DNA from: Bellilinea caldifistulae
GTDB lineage: Bacteria; Chloroflexota; Anaerolineae; Anaerolineales; Anaerolineaceae
Assembly (NCBI RefSeq): GCF_001306055.1
Contig: NZ_LGHJ01000008.1
Coordinates: 74,351 to 106,350 of the forward strand
Reading direction: 5' to 3'
DNA length: 32,000 nucleotides
In this document: in pieces, positions 24,440-32,000 of the stretch
Layout of the letters: each line of letters starts with the position of its first letter
How positions within the stretch are numbered: the first letter of the stretch is position 1
Position numbers and translations under genes: made by a program
Notes under the pieces: generated by a model
Database searches by the model: none
The model's input: only the letters and a program-made list of their open reading frames with translations
Told to the model about the DNA's origin: nothing

Positions 24440-24603
24440 AGGATGACCGCTTAATAGTTGAGATCGCCCAGCGGACACTGAGCGATCTCGGGCGTGAAGA
24501 TCACGCCAAAGCGTAAAACCTCGTTCTTTCACATCCGTTTTTCAACAGATCGAGAGCCGGTAGGCGGCGAAATCTGCCGATTTCGCTCGGACTTTACGCT
24601 CAG

Positions 24604-24691
24604 CGGAGAGGGTGGGATTCGAACCCACGGTGGAGGAAGCCTCCACAACGGTTTTCGAGACCGCCCCAATCGGCCGCTCTGGCACCTCTCC
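24604..24691 (-). tRNA. tRNA-Ser (anticodon CGA)
   Basis: Minus-strand sequence GGAGAGGTGCCAGAGCGGCCGATTGGGGCGGTCTCGAAAACCGTTGTGGAGGCTTCCTCCACCGTGGGTTCGAATCCCACCCTCTCCG. The 7-bp acceptor stem is GGAGAGG/CCTCTCC. The anticodon loop is CTCGAAA. It has a long variable arm and a GTGGG-TTCGAAT-CCCAC T-arm. CCA is not encoded. Confidence 0.9.
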
Positions 24692-24751
24692 GGGGTGCTG
24701 GTATTATAGCAGAATTACCAAAATTTTTGTAAGGTCTGTGAGGAAAGCCGT

Positions 24752-26191
24752 TCAGGGACTTGGACTGGGCGAGGGGGTGAGTGTGCGCAGATACACTTCG
24801 GGTATCCAGCCGATCCGGTTTTCACTATCCCGTACTTGAACCCACACCAGACCCTGATACAGTTGGGTTTGATAGAGACGATAAATGGGTTTGCCTGCCT
24901 CGATGTAACCGATCACTGGACCGCCGGGCTGCTGGTAGATGCGTAAGGGGGGAATTGTAACCGGCCCGACCAGCACACTCTGGGGCAGATTTGTAGCAGT
25001 GGGCGTCATTGTCGGGGTCGCGGTTGGTGTGATTGTCGGGGTCGCGGTTGGGGATGCAGTGGGTGTAAAAGTTGAGGTGGGAGTTGGGGACGGCCCAAGG
25101 GTTATCGTGGCTGTGGGTGTTCGGGTGGGGGTGGAGGTTGGCGGCAGGAGAGGGTCTAAACGTTCTGCAAAAACCTGATTAACTTTTAGCGAAACCGGCT
25201 GGTTTAATTCTTTCACCAGGGATTCTTGCAGAAATACTACCTGATCATAACGAAGCAAGCGGTTCGTCCGAATAGTCAAAACAACTTCTAAACCTTCCGG
25301 GTTGCGTTGAATACTCATGCTGTCCAATTCACTGCCGTTCAAACGGGTAACTTGATCCACAATCACTTCGCGAATCATGCGATTGTCATTGGCATCTTTG
25401 AAAAATTGAAAACTGTAATAAGTGAGTGGAATTAATAAAAGAGTCATCAGCCCGGCGGAAAGGAAAAGGCTTTGTGGCAGGCGTTTTTCTTTGCGAATAC
25501 GCCGCGAACCGAAGCCGCGCAAAAAGAAAACCAACCCTGCTGCAAATGCGATGGTGACCGCATTGGTGATGAAAAGCAAAGTAGCCCCACCAGCCACATC
25601 CATGTCGTTGAAGGCCAGGCCAATTCCAATAGTACAAAGAGGCGGCATAAGAGCGGTAGCAATCGCCACCCCCGGTAAAGCAGCCGAAAGATTTTCCCGG
25701 GTAAGTGCATAAGCAGCGGCAAAACCACCTGCCAGGGCAATCATCAAGTCAATGGGTGAGGGATGTGTCCGGTTAATGACTTCTTGTGGTAATTGTTGAA
25801 GATATAAAATGGGCAGGTTAATATTGACAATAGTGAGGATAAAAGAAAGCAGGACGGATAGAAAGGCACCCCGCAACAGGGCACTGATTGCCGAACTGAG
25901 CATACGACTGTCCCCAATGACCGATGCCAGTCCGATGGTAAGGATGGGTGACATCAGCGGAGCAACCAGCATTGCACCGATGATCACTGCCGGCGAATTG
26001 GTCAGCAGGCCAAGCGTAGCAATGCTGGTTGAAAGTACGACCAGCAGGAAAAAGTCGAAACCGGGTGACGAAAGTGGGGTTAGTTCGGTAATGATTTCTT
26101 CCCGCTCTGCCGCGGTGAGGGGGCGGGCGCCTTTCCAAAACGCACGCAGTATTTTCTCTGTGAAAGAAGATCTTTTTTCCGATTGACTCAT
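24752..26191 (-). CDS. DUF389-type membrane protein with PT-rich linker and C-terminal SH3-like domain
   Basis: N-terminal polytopic region ([40 protein letters not shown]). PT-rich linker [47 protein letters not shown]-terminus [37 protein letters not shown]. Confidence 0.85.
   Translation of the reverse strand: MSQSEKRSSFTEKILRAFWKGARPLTAAEREEIITELTPLSSPGFDFFLLVVLSTSIATLGLLTNSPAVIIGAMLVAPLMSPILTIGLASVIGDSRMLSSAISALLRGAFLSVLLSFILTIVNINLPILYLQQLPQEVINRTHPSPIDLMIALAGGFAAAYALTRENLSAALPGVAIATALMPPLCTIGIGLAFNDMDVAGGATLLFITNAVTIAFAAGLVFFLRGFGSRRIRKEKRLPQSLFLSAGLMTLLLIPLTYYSFQFFKDANDNRMIREVIVDQVTRLNGSELDSMSIQRNPEGLEVVLTIRTNRLLRYDQVVFLQESLVKELNQPVSLKVNQVFAERLDPLLPPTSTPTRTPTATITLGPSPTPTSTFTPTASPTATPTITPTATPTMTPTATNLPQSVLVGPVTIPPLRIYQQPGGPVIGYIEAGKPIYRLYQTQLYQGLVWVQVRDSENRIGWIPEVYLRTLTPSPSPSP
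25008..25051. repeat. 24-nt tandem duplication inside the PT-linker coding region
   Basis: ATTGTCGGGGTCGCGGTTGG occurs at 25008-25027 and again at 25032-25051, a period of 24 nt. Confidence 0.6.
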
Positions 26192-26197
26192 CTTTTG

Positions 26198-27592
26198 TTA
26201 CAGATCAAAAAAACTGCCTTTGGCGGGGTAGCGGATATCGCGGAAACCGATTTCTTTTAATTTTTCGGTCAATGCGCCGGCAGCATTTGGCTCGCCATGA
26301 ACGAGAAACAGCTTTTGAATGGAAGATTGGCTGGCCTGTGCATATCTTACCAGCATGTCCTGTCCGGCATGAGCAGAAAATCCGCCAATGGTGACCACCT
26401 CAGCGCGGCGGTCACATAATTCACCAAAAATCCGCACCACGGGCTCACGCTCCGCCAGCCGGCGGCCCAGTGTATTGGGAGCCTGCCAGGAAACAATCAG
26501 GATGGTGTTGCGCGGATTTTGCAAATTGTTCCGCAGGTGGTGCAGAATGCGCCCGCTTTCTGCCATGCCGGAAGCCGAAATGATGATCATCGGTTCATGG
26601 CGTTCGTTGAGGGCTTTGGATTCCTCCACGGATTGAATGTACTTCAGCTGCGGGAAGGTCAGGGCGGGGTGAGTACCGTTGCGGACAAATTCCTGGGTTT
26701 CGGCATCGAATAAATCGGCGTGTTCCTGAAACACGCGCGTGGCATTGACTGCCAGGGGACTATCCACGTAGACCGGCAGCGGTTCGATTTCACCCTGGCT
26801 GACCATGCGGTTCAGACAGTAAACCAATTCCTGAGTCCGACCGACTGCAAAAGCCGGGATGATGATTTTGCCCCGGCGTGCAACCGTGCGGCGAATGGTA
26901 TCCCGCAATTCAACGTAGGCTTCTTCTGGGTCGCGGTGAGGTTTGTCCCCATAGGTGCATTCCATGATGAGCAGGTCGGCTTTTTCCGGCAAAACAGGAT
27001 CGCGCATCAATGGCAGCCGTTCTCTACCAATATCTCCCGAAAACCACAACCGGATTTTGCGCCCTTTTTCTTCAATGTCCAGCACAACCGCTGCCGAACC
27101 GAGGATGTGGCCGGCATCCACAAACTGCGCCTGCACACCGCGAATTGGCTCAAAAGGCCGGCCGTAAGGAATACCGTCGAAGTGAGCAGCCACCTGTACG
27201 GCATCTTCCTGGGTATAGAGCGGTTCTATGGGCGGTTCGCCGCGTTTGGCGCGTTTGCGGTTGACGAATTGTGCATCTGCTTCCTGAATATGACCGGAAT
27301 CCTGTAACATGATGTCGGCCAGATCGGCGGTGGCAGGGGTTGCGTAGATCCTGCCTTCATAACCCTGCTTGATCAGGTTGGGCAGGTTGCCGCTGTGGTC
27401 AATATGCGCATGGGAGAGGATGACCGCATCCAGCGAATCGGGTTCAAATGGAAAATGCAGGTTGGTTTGATAGGTGTCTTTTCGATGCCCCTGGAATAAA
27501 CCGCATTCCAGTAGCAGACGGTCGCCGTTCACTTCCAAAAGAAACTGAGAGCCGGTGACCGTTTGAGCAGCGCCGTTGAAGTGAATGCGCAT
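26198..27592 (-). CDS. MBL-fold beta-CASP family hydrolase (RNA-metabolising type)
   Basis: HAHIDHSGNLP (HxHxDH). Its length, and conserved Asp/His motifs further along, fit the beta-CASP architecture. Confidence 0.85.
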   Translation of the reverse strand: MRIHFNGAAQTVTGSQFLLEVNGDRLLLECGLFQGHRKDTYQTNLHFPFEPDSLDAVILSHAHIDHSGNLPNLIKQGYEGRIYATPATADLADIMLQDSGHIQEADAQFVNRKRAKRGEPPIEPLYTQEDAVQVAAHFDGIPYGRPFEPIRGVQAQFVDAGHILGSAAVVLDIEEKGRKIRLWFSGDIGRERLPLMRDPVLPEKADLLIMECTYGDKPHRDPEEAYVELRDTIRRTVARRGKIIIPAFAVGRTQELVYCLNRMVSQGEIEPLPVYVDSPLAVNATRVFQEHADLFDAETQEFVRNGTHPALTFPQLKYIQSVEESKALNERHEPMIIISASGMAESGRILHHLRNNLQNPRNTILIVSWQAPNTLGRRLAEREPVVRIFGELCDRRAEVVTIGGFSAHAGQDMLVRYAQASQSSIQKLFLVHGEPNAAGALTEKLKEIGFRDIRYPAKGSFFDL

Positions 27593-27595
27593 GGT

Positions 27596-28732
27596 TTACT
27601 CCCTTTTTTGAAGAATCTTCCAGATCTGGTGGCCGAATTTTTCCCGCCGCCACGGAAACTCTTTCAAGAGGGTATCCAGATCCGTGAGGCAAGCCGGTGG
27701 AGAAAACGCAATTTTTTCCAAAATGCTGCGAGGCAAGATGACATCCGACTCGACCCCCATCTGGCGGGCGGTTTTCTTGCGCCACTCTTTGAGAACTTCC
27801 AACCGTTCCATAACATCCTCGTCGGGGCGGTGATTGGAATTGCGCGGTGGAGGCGCTGTGTGTAATCCACTGCGAATGGCATGAACTACACCGGTTGCAT
27901 GGCGTCTCCATTGAACGGGGGAGAGCAGGTGCAGATGATACAAATCTTCCGTGGTTTGCGGGGCAGTTTCGGCAAGGTGAATCAACACCTCATTGGGGAG
28001 CACTTTAAACGGCGGGAGATTGGCGAGCCGGGCCTGCTGATCGCGGTACTCAATCAACGCCTGTAAAATGGCGTGCTGCTGGGGAGTCAGGTCTTTGCCG
28101 CCGCTGACCTTCCAGGCATTCAATGGCTGTGGTTCGGGGTTGGGAGCCGTGTTTTGGGCAAGATATTCAAAATCTTCCTGTGCCAGTGGCATCAATCCCT
28201 TGCGTTTCAGCTCTTCGGCCAGCCGGTTGCGCAGCGGGATGAGATAATGGGTGTCCAATCGAGCATATGAAAGCATTGCCGGGGAAAGAGGTCTTTCTCC
28301 CCAATTGGCACGCTGGTAGCGTTTTTCCAGTTTAACCCCAAATTCCTCTTCCAGCACATCCCCCAAACCAATTTTCTTCCTGCCCAGGATGCGGGCTGCC
28401 TGCATCGTATCAAAGATGTGGTGGAATTCAAAGTGAAAATCTCGTTTGAGGCAAATCAAATCGTACTCGGCAGCATGGAAAATTTTTTCGATGCGATGAC
28501 TGGCAAACAGCGGGGCCAGCGCAGAAAGATCTGTAAGGGCTAAGGGATCAACCAGATAATCGAGCGTGTTGGTCGAAAACTGGATCAGGCAAACCTGTTC
28601 GCGGTAGGCAAACAGACTGTTTGATTCGGTATCTACGGCAACCTGTTCGCAATTCAACAGGTCGTCTACCATTTTGGTGAGATTTTGGGGCGTGTCCACC
28701 CAGATGGGTGGCGCTATTGGGTTTTCAGTCAT
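27596..28732 (-). CDS. rnd: ribonuclease D (3'-5' exonuclease + HRDC)
   Basis: DEDDy motifs VAVDTESNS, KIFHAAEYDL and YARLDTHYL, followed by an HRDC-like region. ATG 28732 is preferred over the TTG at 28765. Confidence 0.85.
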   Translation of the reverse strand: MTENPIAPPIWVDTPQNLTKMVDDLLNCEQVAVDTESNSLFAYREQVCLIQFSTNTLDYLVDPLALTDLSALAPLFASHRIEKIFHAAEYDLICLKRDFHFEFHHIFDTMQAARILGRKKIGLGDVLEEEFGVKLEKRYQRANWGERPLSPAMLSYARLDTHYLIPLRNRLAEELKRKGLMPLAQEDFEYLAQNTAPNPEPQPLNAWKVSGGKDLTPQQHAILQALIEYRDQQARLANLPPFKVLPNEVLIHLAETAPQTTEDLYHLHLLSPVQWRRHATGVVHAIRSGLHTAPPPRNSNHRPDEDVMERLEVLKEWRKKTARQMGVESDVILPRSILEKIAFSPPACLTDLDTLLKEFPWRREKFGHQIWKILQKRE

Positions 28733-28895
28733 ATTGTGGATTATAGCCGATTTTGGTTTTCTCAAAAAAGGTGGGCTTAATTTCGAGTAAAAATGGCGGC
28801 TTTAGATTAAAATTTCTTCAATGATGCCCCAGCAGAGGGGCGTTTGGAAGAACCTGTGGATGATTTATTTTCGATTTCAACCATGAGGAGGGGCT

Positions 28896-29573
28896 ATGAA
28901 AGAGCGAATTTTGATCATTGAAGATGACGAAGCCATTGTGCGTGTGCTGCGACGGAGTTTGGCCTACGAAGGCTATACGGTAGACGCTGCTTTTGATGGC
29001 GAAACAGGCCTGGCTCTGGCACGGGATGCTCACCCCGACCTGGTAATTTTGGATTGGATGCTGCCCGGCATGGACGGTTTGGAGGTCTGTCAGCGGCTGC
29101 GAGCCGGCGGGAATGTGCCGATTCTGATGCTGACTGCCAAAGATACGGTCAGTGACCGAGTGCAAGGTTTGGATGCCGGCGCGGATGATTACATGGTCAA
29201 GCCCTTCCAATTGGAAGAATTACTGGCACGTGTGCGCGCCCTATTGCGCCGTACCCAGCCGGAGCGGGTACCCGTTTTGAATTTTGCTGATCTTGTGCTG
29301 GATACTTCTACCCGACAGGCGATGCGCAAGGGTCGAACCATTTCCCTGACCGCCAAGGAATATGATTTGCTTGAGCTGTTCATGCGTCATCCCCGGCAGG
29401 TGCTTACCCGCGAGATGATCTTTGATCGGGTCTGGGGCTATGATTTCGGCGGTGAAAGTAATGTGCTGGATGTTTACATTCGTTATCTGCGCCAAAAATT
29501 GGAGAGCGAGGGGGAAAGCCGCCTGATTCACACCGTGCGTGGTGTGGGCTATGTCCTGCGCGAAGACGAATAA
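28896..29573 (+). CDS. OmpR-family response regulator
   Basis: Receiver domain ([26 protein letters not shown]) plus a winged helix ([37 protein letters not shown]). Confidence 0.95.
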   Translation: MKERILIIEDDEAIVRVLRRSLAYEGYTVDAAFDGETGLALARDAHPDLVILDWMLPGMDGLEVCQRLRAGGNVPILMLTAKDTVSDRVQGLDAGADDYMVKPFQLEELLARVRALLRRTQPERVPVLNFADLVLDTSTRQAMRKGRTISLTAKEYDLLELFMRHPRQVLTREMIFDRVWGYDFGGESNVLDVYIRYLRQKLESEGESRLIHTVRGVGYVLREDE

Positions 29574-29576
29574 GGA

Positions 29577-30938
29577 ATGTCCCTGCGGCTGCGCCTTTCA
29601 ATTACGTACAGTGCGCTGGTTGGCGTAGTCCTGTTGTTATTTGGTTTTCTGGTGTTTTCAATTGTCAGTCAGGTGCTGCTGGAGCAGATTGACAGCCGTC
29701 TGGGTCAGTCTGCAAACCAGATCATCGAACGGCTGCGAGTCAGCGCTAACAATCAGTTCGATATTCGCCAGTTGTCTGCTTACCAGCCTACTGAAAATCT
29801 GATCTTCCAGGTTTGGGATACCGACCGCCGCTTGCAGTTCAGCCGCCCGGTTGGTCTTACCGATCCGTTGGATGATGCTGGCGTACGATTAGGGCAGGTT
29901 TTTTACAGTTCACAAACCATTAATGGCGTGCGGGTCAGGGTGCTTTCGGTGCCGCTGCGTACCAATCGCGGCCCGGTGGGTTATTTACAGGTGGGATTAA
30001 GTCTTGCTTTGGTTGAAATTACTCAAAATACCCTGGCATCGGTGTTGATTGCCCTGACGATTACTCTGATGGCGGCAGTACTGGTGACAACCTGGGCCTT
30101 AACCGGAGAAGCCCTGGCGCAGTTGGAAACGGTCACACAGGTTGCCACTCAAATTACCCAGGCAGACGATCTTTCCAGACGGATACCGGTGGCGCCAACT
30201 GCCCAGGATGAGGTCAGCCGATTGATTCGAGCCTTCAACCAGACTCTCGAAAGGCTGGAAAAGTTGTTCGACACGCAGCGCAGATTTCTGGCGGATGTCA
30301 GCCATGAATTGCGCACGCCACTAACTGTCATCAAGGGTGAAGTAGGGTTGATGCGACTGACGAATGAATTGGACGAGGAATCGCTGCGCAATATTGAGAA
30401 GGAAGTTGACCGGCTCACTCGATTGGTGGGGGATTTATTGCTGCTGGCACAGGCTGAATCCGGTCAGTTGCCGCTCGATTTGAAGCCGGTGGAACTGGAT
30501 ACAATTTTACTGGAAGTGTTGCAGCAAATGCAGATTCTGGCCAGCGGAAAGGTCAACCTGCGTTTGGAAGAAATTGATCAGGTGATGGTCAGGGGGGATC
30601 GCGACCGGCTCAAACAGGTGATTCTCAATCTGGTGGCTAACGCCATCAATTACACACCGGCAGGCGGCGAAGTTCGTTTATCCCTGAGTAGGCAGGGTGG
30701 GCAGAGCTGTCTGATGGTGGAAGATACCGGTCCGGGCATTCCGCCGGAAGACCTTCCCCATATCTTTGATCGTTTTTACCGGGGTGATCCATCCCGGAAA
30801 CGCACCGAGAACAGCGGATTTGGTCTGGGGTTGTCCATTGCCAAATGGATTGTTGATCATCATGGCGGCCAAATTGAAGTGGAATCGCAGGTGGGGAAGG
30901 GTACCCGATTTACCGTGTGGCTGCCGCTGGCTGATTAA
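29577..30938 (+). CDS. sensor histidine kinase (TM-sensor-TM-HAMP-HisKA-HATPase_c)
   Basis: H-box VSHELRTPLTVI, N-box NLVANAINYT, G-boxes DTGPGIP and GFGLGLSIAKWIV. Confidence 0.9.
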   Translation: MSLRLRLSITYSALVGVVLLLFGFLVFSIVSQVLLEQIDSRLGQSANQIIERLRVSANNQFDIRQLSAYQPTENLIFQVWDTDRRLQFSRPVGLTDPLDDAGVRLGQVFYSSQTINGVRVRVLSVPLRTNRGPVGYLQVGLSLALVEITQNTLASVLIALTITLMAAVLVTTWALTGEALAQLETVTQVATQITQADDLSRRIPVAPTAQDEVSRLIRAFNQTLERLEKLFDTQRRFLADVSHELRTPLTVIKGEVGLMRLTNELDEESLRNIEKEVDRLTRLVGDLLLLAQAESGQLPLDLKPVELDTILLEVLQQMQILASGKVNLRLEEIDQVMVRGDRDRLKQVILNLVANAINYTPAGGEVRLSLSRQGGQSCLMVEDTGPGIPPEDLPHIFDRFYRGDPSRKRTENSGFGLGLSIAKWIVDHHGGQIEVESQVGKGTRFTVWLPLAD

Positions 30939-30940
30939 TC

Positions 30941-30987
30941 AAAAAAAGGGCAGGAGGACGGCGGAGGAGGAACGTCCGGGCCTGCCC
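30941..30987 (-). terminator. intrinsic terminator for the 31007-31783 gene, between convergent genes
   Basis: GGGCAGG (30948-30954) pairs with CCTGCCC (30981-30987), and there is an inner GGACG/CGTCC helix. On the minus strand the hairpin is followed by T7 (forward A7 at 30941-30947). Confidence 0.5.
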
Positions 30988-31006
30988 CTTGGGGGGTAAT
31001 TTCTGC

Positions 31007-31783
31007 TCACAACTTGAGCGTGGTGGGAGTTGAACCGGAATTCTGGGATGAACCCGGCGTCCGCAGGGATGAGCGGGCCTGCATGTTGTGATAGGTTGGT
31101 TCGGGGCGAGAAGCAAGCCCATCACTACCCAGACCGGGGCGAGGTACGACCGTGCGGCGCGGGCTGAGGTTGGCGCCGGTCAAACCCGCCGAAGAAGCGG
31201 TTGCAGTGGGTATCGTGGCAGGGCGGCTGGTGCGGGAAGCTGTCCCGCTGTACACCGGACGGTTTGAACCGGTGGAAAAGATGCGTTCGCCGGCAATCGA
31301 GAGCGAGCCGATAATCAAGATGCGAATCACCCAGACCATCAGGGCGACGAACACGGGGACGATGTTCATCAGCGTTTCCTGATCAATGACGGCGGTGCTG
31401 GAAACCGTGTGACTGGCGATTGCCATTGAGACTCCCCACCATGTGAGGACAGCATTCATGGTTGCGGCCAGCAGCCATGCGCCGAGCAGATACCAGACCT
31501 CCTTCGGTTCATCGCGGCCCTGTTCGGGGGTGAACAGGCGGGCAATGCCGGCAAAGTCAATCCCACAGAAGGCGATGGAGAGAATGGTTGCCCAGCGGAT
31601 ACCGGCAAAGCGCAGGTCTCCGAGCAAGTCACGCAGCGCGTAGTCGGTGGTGGAGTAGTTGAAAATCTCGAAGGCGATCAGTGCCGAAAAAATAATCAAT
31701 CCGAAGAGCAGTCCGGGCCGTAACCGAACGCCGGAAAACAATTTCGACAGCGACCAATTGTTAGGGGAAGATGAGAGATTCAT
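31007..31783 (-). CDS. integral membrane protein with disordered S/T/P/R-rich C-terminus
   Basis: Several hydrophobic helices (LLFGLIIFSALIAFEIF, WATILSIAFCGIDFAGI, WYLLGAWLLAATMNAVLTWWGV, IVPVFVALMVWVIRILIIGSL). No recognised family. Confidence 0.7.
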   Translation of the reverse strand: MNLSSSPNNWSLSKLFSGVRLRPGLLFGLIIFSALIAFEIFNYSTTDYALRDLLGDLRFAGIRWATILSIAFCGIDFAGIARLFTPEQGRDEPKEVWYLLGAWLLAATMNAVLTWWGVSMAIASHTVSSTAVIDQETLMNIVPVFVALMVWVIRILIIGSLSIAGERIFSTGSNRPVYSGTASRTSRPATIPTATASSAGLTGANLSPRRTVVPRPGLGSDGLASRPEPTYHNMQARSSLRTPGSSQNSGSTPTTLKL

Positions 31784-31960
31784 TTTTGCTTTTCTCCTTG
31801 AACTATTTTTGGGGAAATTACAGGTTTTTTAGATAATAGAACAATTTTTCTATTTTGTCAATAGGCAATCTAGGAGATTGTTGAAAAACAAACAACTGGG
31901 ATTGACGAAAAGGGGAAAACCTTAATACAATCGAACCAAACCACTTTGGAGATCAGCGGG

Positions 31961-32000
31961 ATGGAAAAGCAGCGTTTCGAAGAAACCGGCAAAGGATCAT
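31961..32000 (+). CDS. possible 5' end of a gene running off the window
   Basis: GGAG lies 9 nt before ATG 31961. Only 13 codons are visible (MEKQRFEETGKGS). Confidence 0.2.
   Translation, partial: MEKQRFEETGKGS

Larger units (their letters stand above)
3050..24600. mobile_element. integrated element (about 21.5 kb) with terminal large serine recombinase; boundaries approximate
   Basis: Contiguous mobile-element gene content: annealase, SSB, RadC, MTase-helicase carrying a group II intron, and a serine recombinase. Host-type genes lie on both sides and a tRNA-Ser lies just outside the right end. Composition differs visibly from the flanks. No att repeats could be identified by eye. Confidence 0.6.

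Noticed and set aside
24494-24839. Track ORFs 24494-24709 and 24612-24839.
   Set aside because: They run across or antisense to the tRNA-Ser gene and the 3' end of the DUF389 gene, and they have no coding signal.
682-30938. The two OmpR/HK pairs (682-2594 and 28896-30938) flanking the element, considered as a duplication created by integration.
   Set aside because: The proteins are clearly different in sequence and in sensor-domain architecture. They are ordinary paralogous two-component systems.
1-32000. CRISPR arrays, rRNA genes, IS elements with terminal inverted repeats, and toxin-antitoxin pairs.
   Set aside because: No regularly spaced direct repeats, rRNA-like sequence or transposase ORFs were found. 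The only tandem repeat is the 24-nt PT-linker duplication inside a coding region.

Overview
Host-like chromosome flanks a roughly 21 kb integrated mobile element at about 3050-24600. The organism is unidentified. PT-rich linkers and the gene types hint at Chloroflexota-like Terrabacteria, but this is unverified.

Host genes:
- Left flank: a truncated secreted repeat protein and an OmpR/histidine-kinase pair.
- Right flank: tRNA-Ser(CGA), a DUF389-SH3 membrane protein, a beta-CASP MBL nuclease, RNase D, a second OmpR/HK pair and a membrane protein.

The element, left to right:
- A consensus promoter followed by a terminator-containing leader.
- A recombination module: an OB-fold protein, a 577-nt hairpin-dense ORF-poor spacer, a SWIM-Rad52 annealase and SSB.
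- Four small proteins, mostly Zn-binding. One carries an SSB-like DIPF tail.
- A RadC-JAB protein fused to an extra domain, then a 369-aa unknown protein.
- An inverted AT-rich 6.4 kb cargo operon: a membrane LuxR regulator, secreted proteins, a paralogous 4-TM protein, and three permeases plus an ABC ATPase.
- An N6-adenine methyltransferase-DExH/SNF2 helicase gene, split exactly inside its DExH motif by a 2543-nt group II intron.
- A large serine recombinase.

No capsid, tail, relaxase or T4SS genes are present.

Three single-site lesions occur in the element: a 1-nt frameshift in the intron RT, an amber codon in helicase exon 2, and an in-frame TGA in a secreted protein. They indicate either decay or assembly errors.

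All calls rest on hand translation and motif recognition. No database searches were run.
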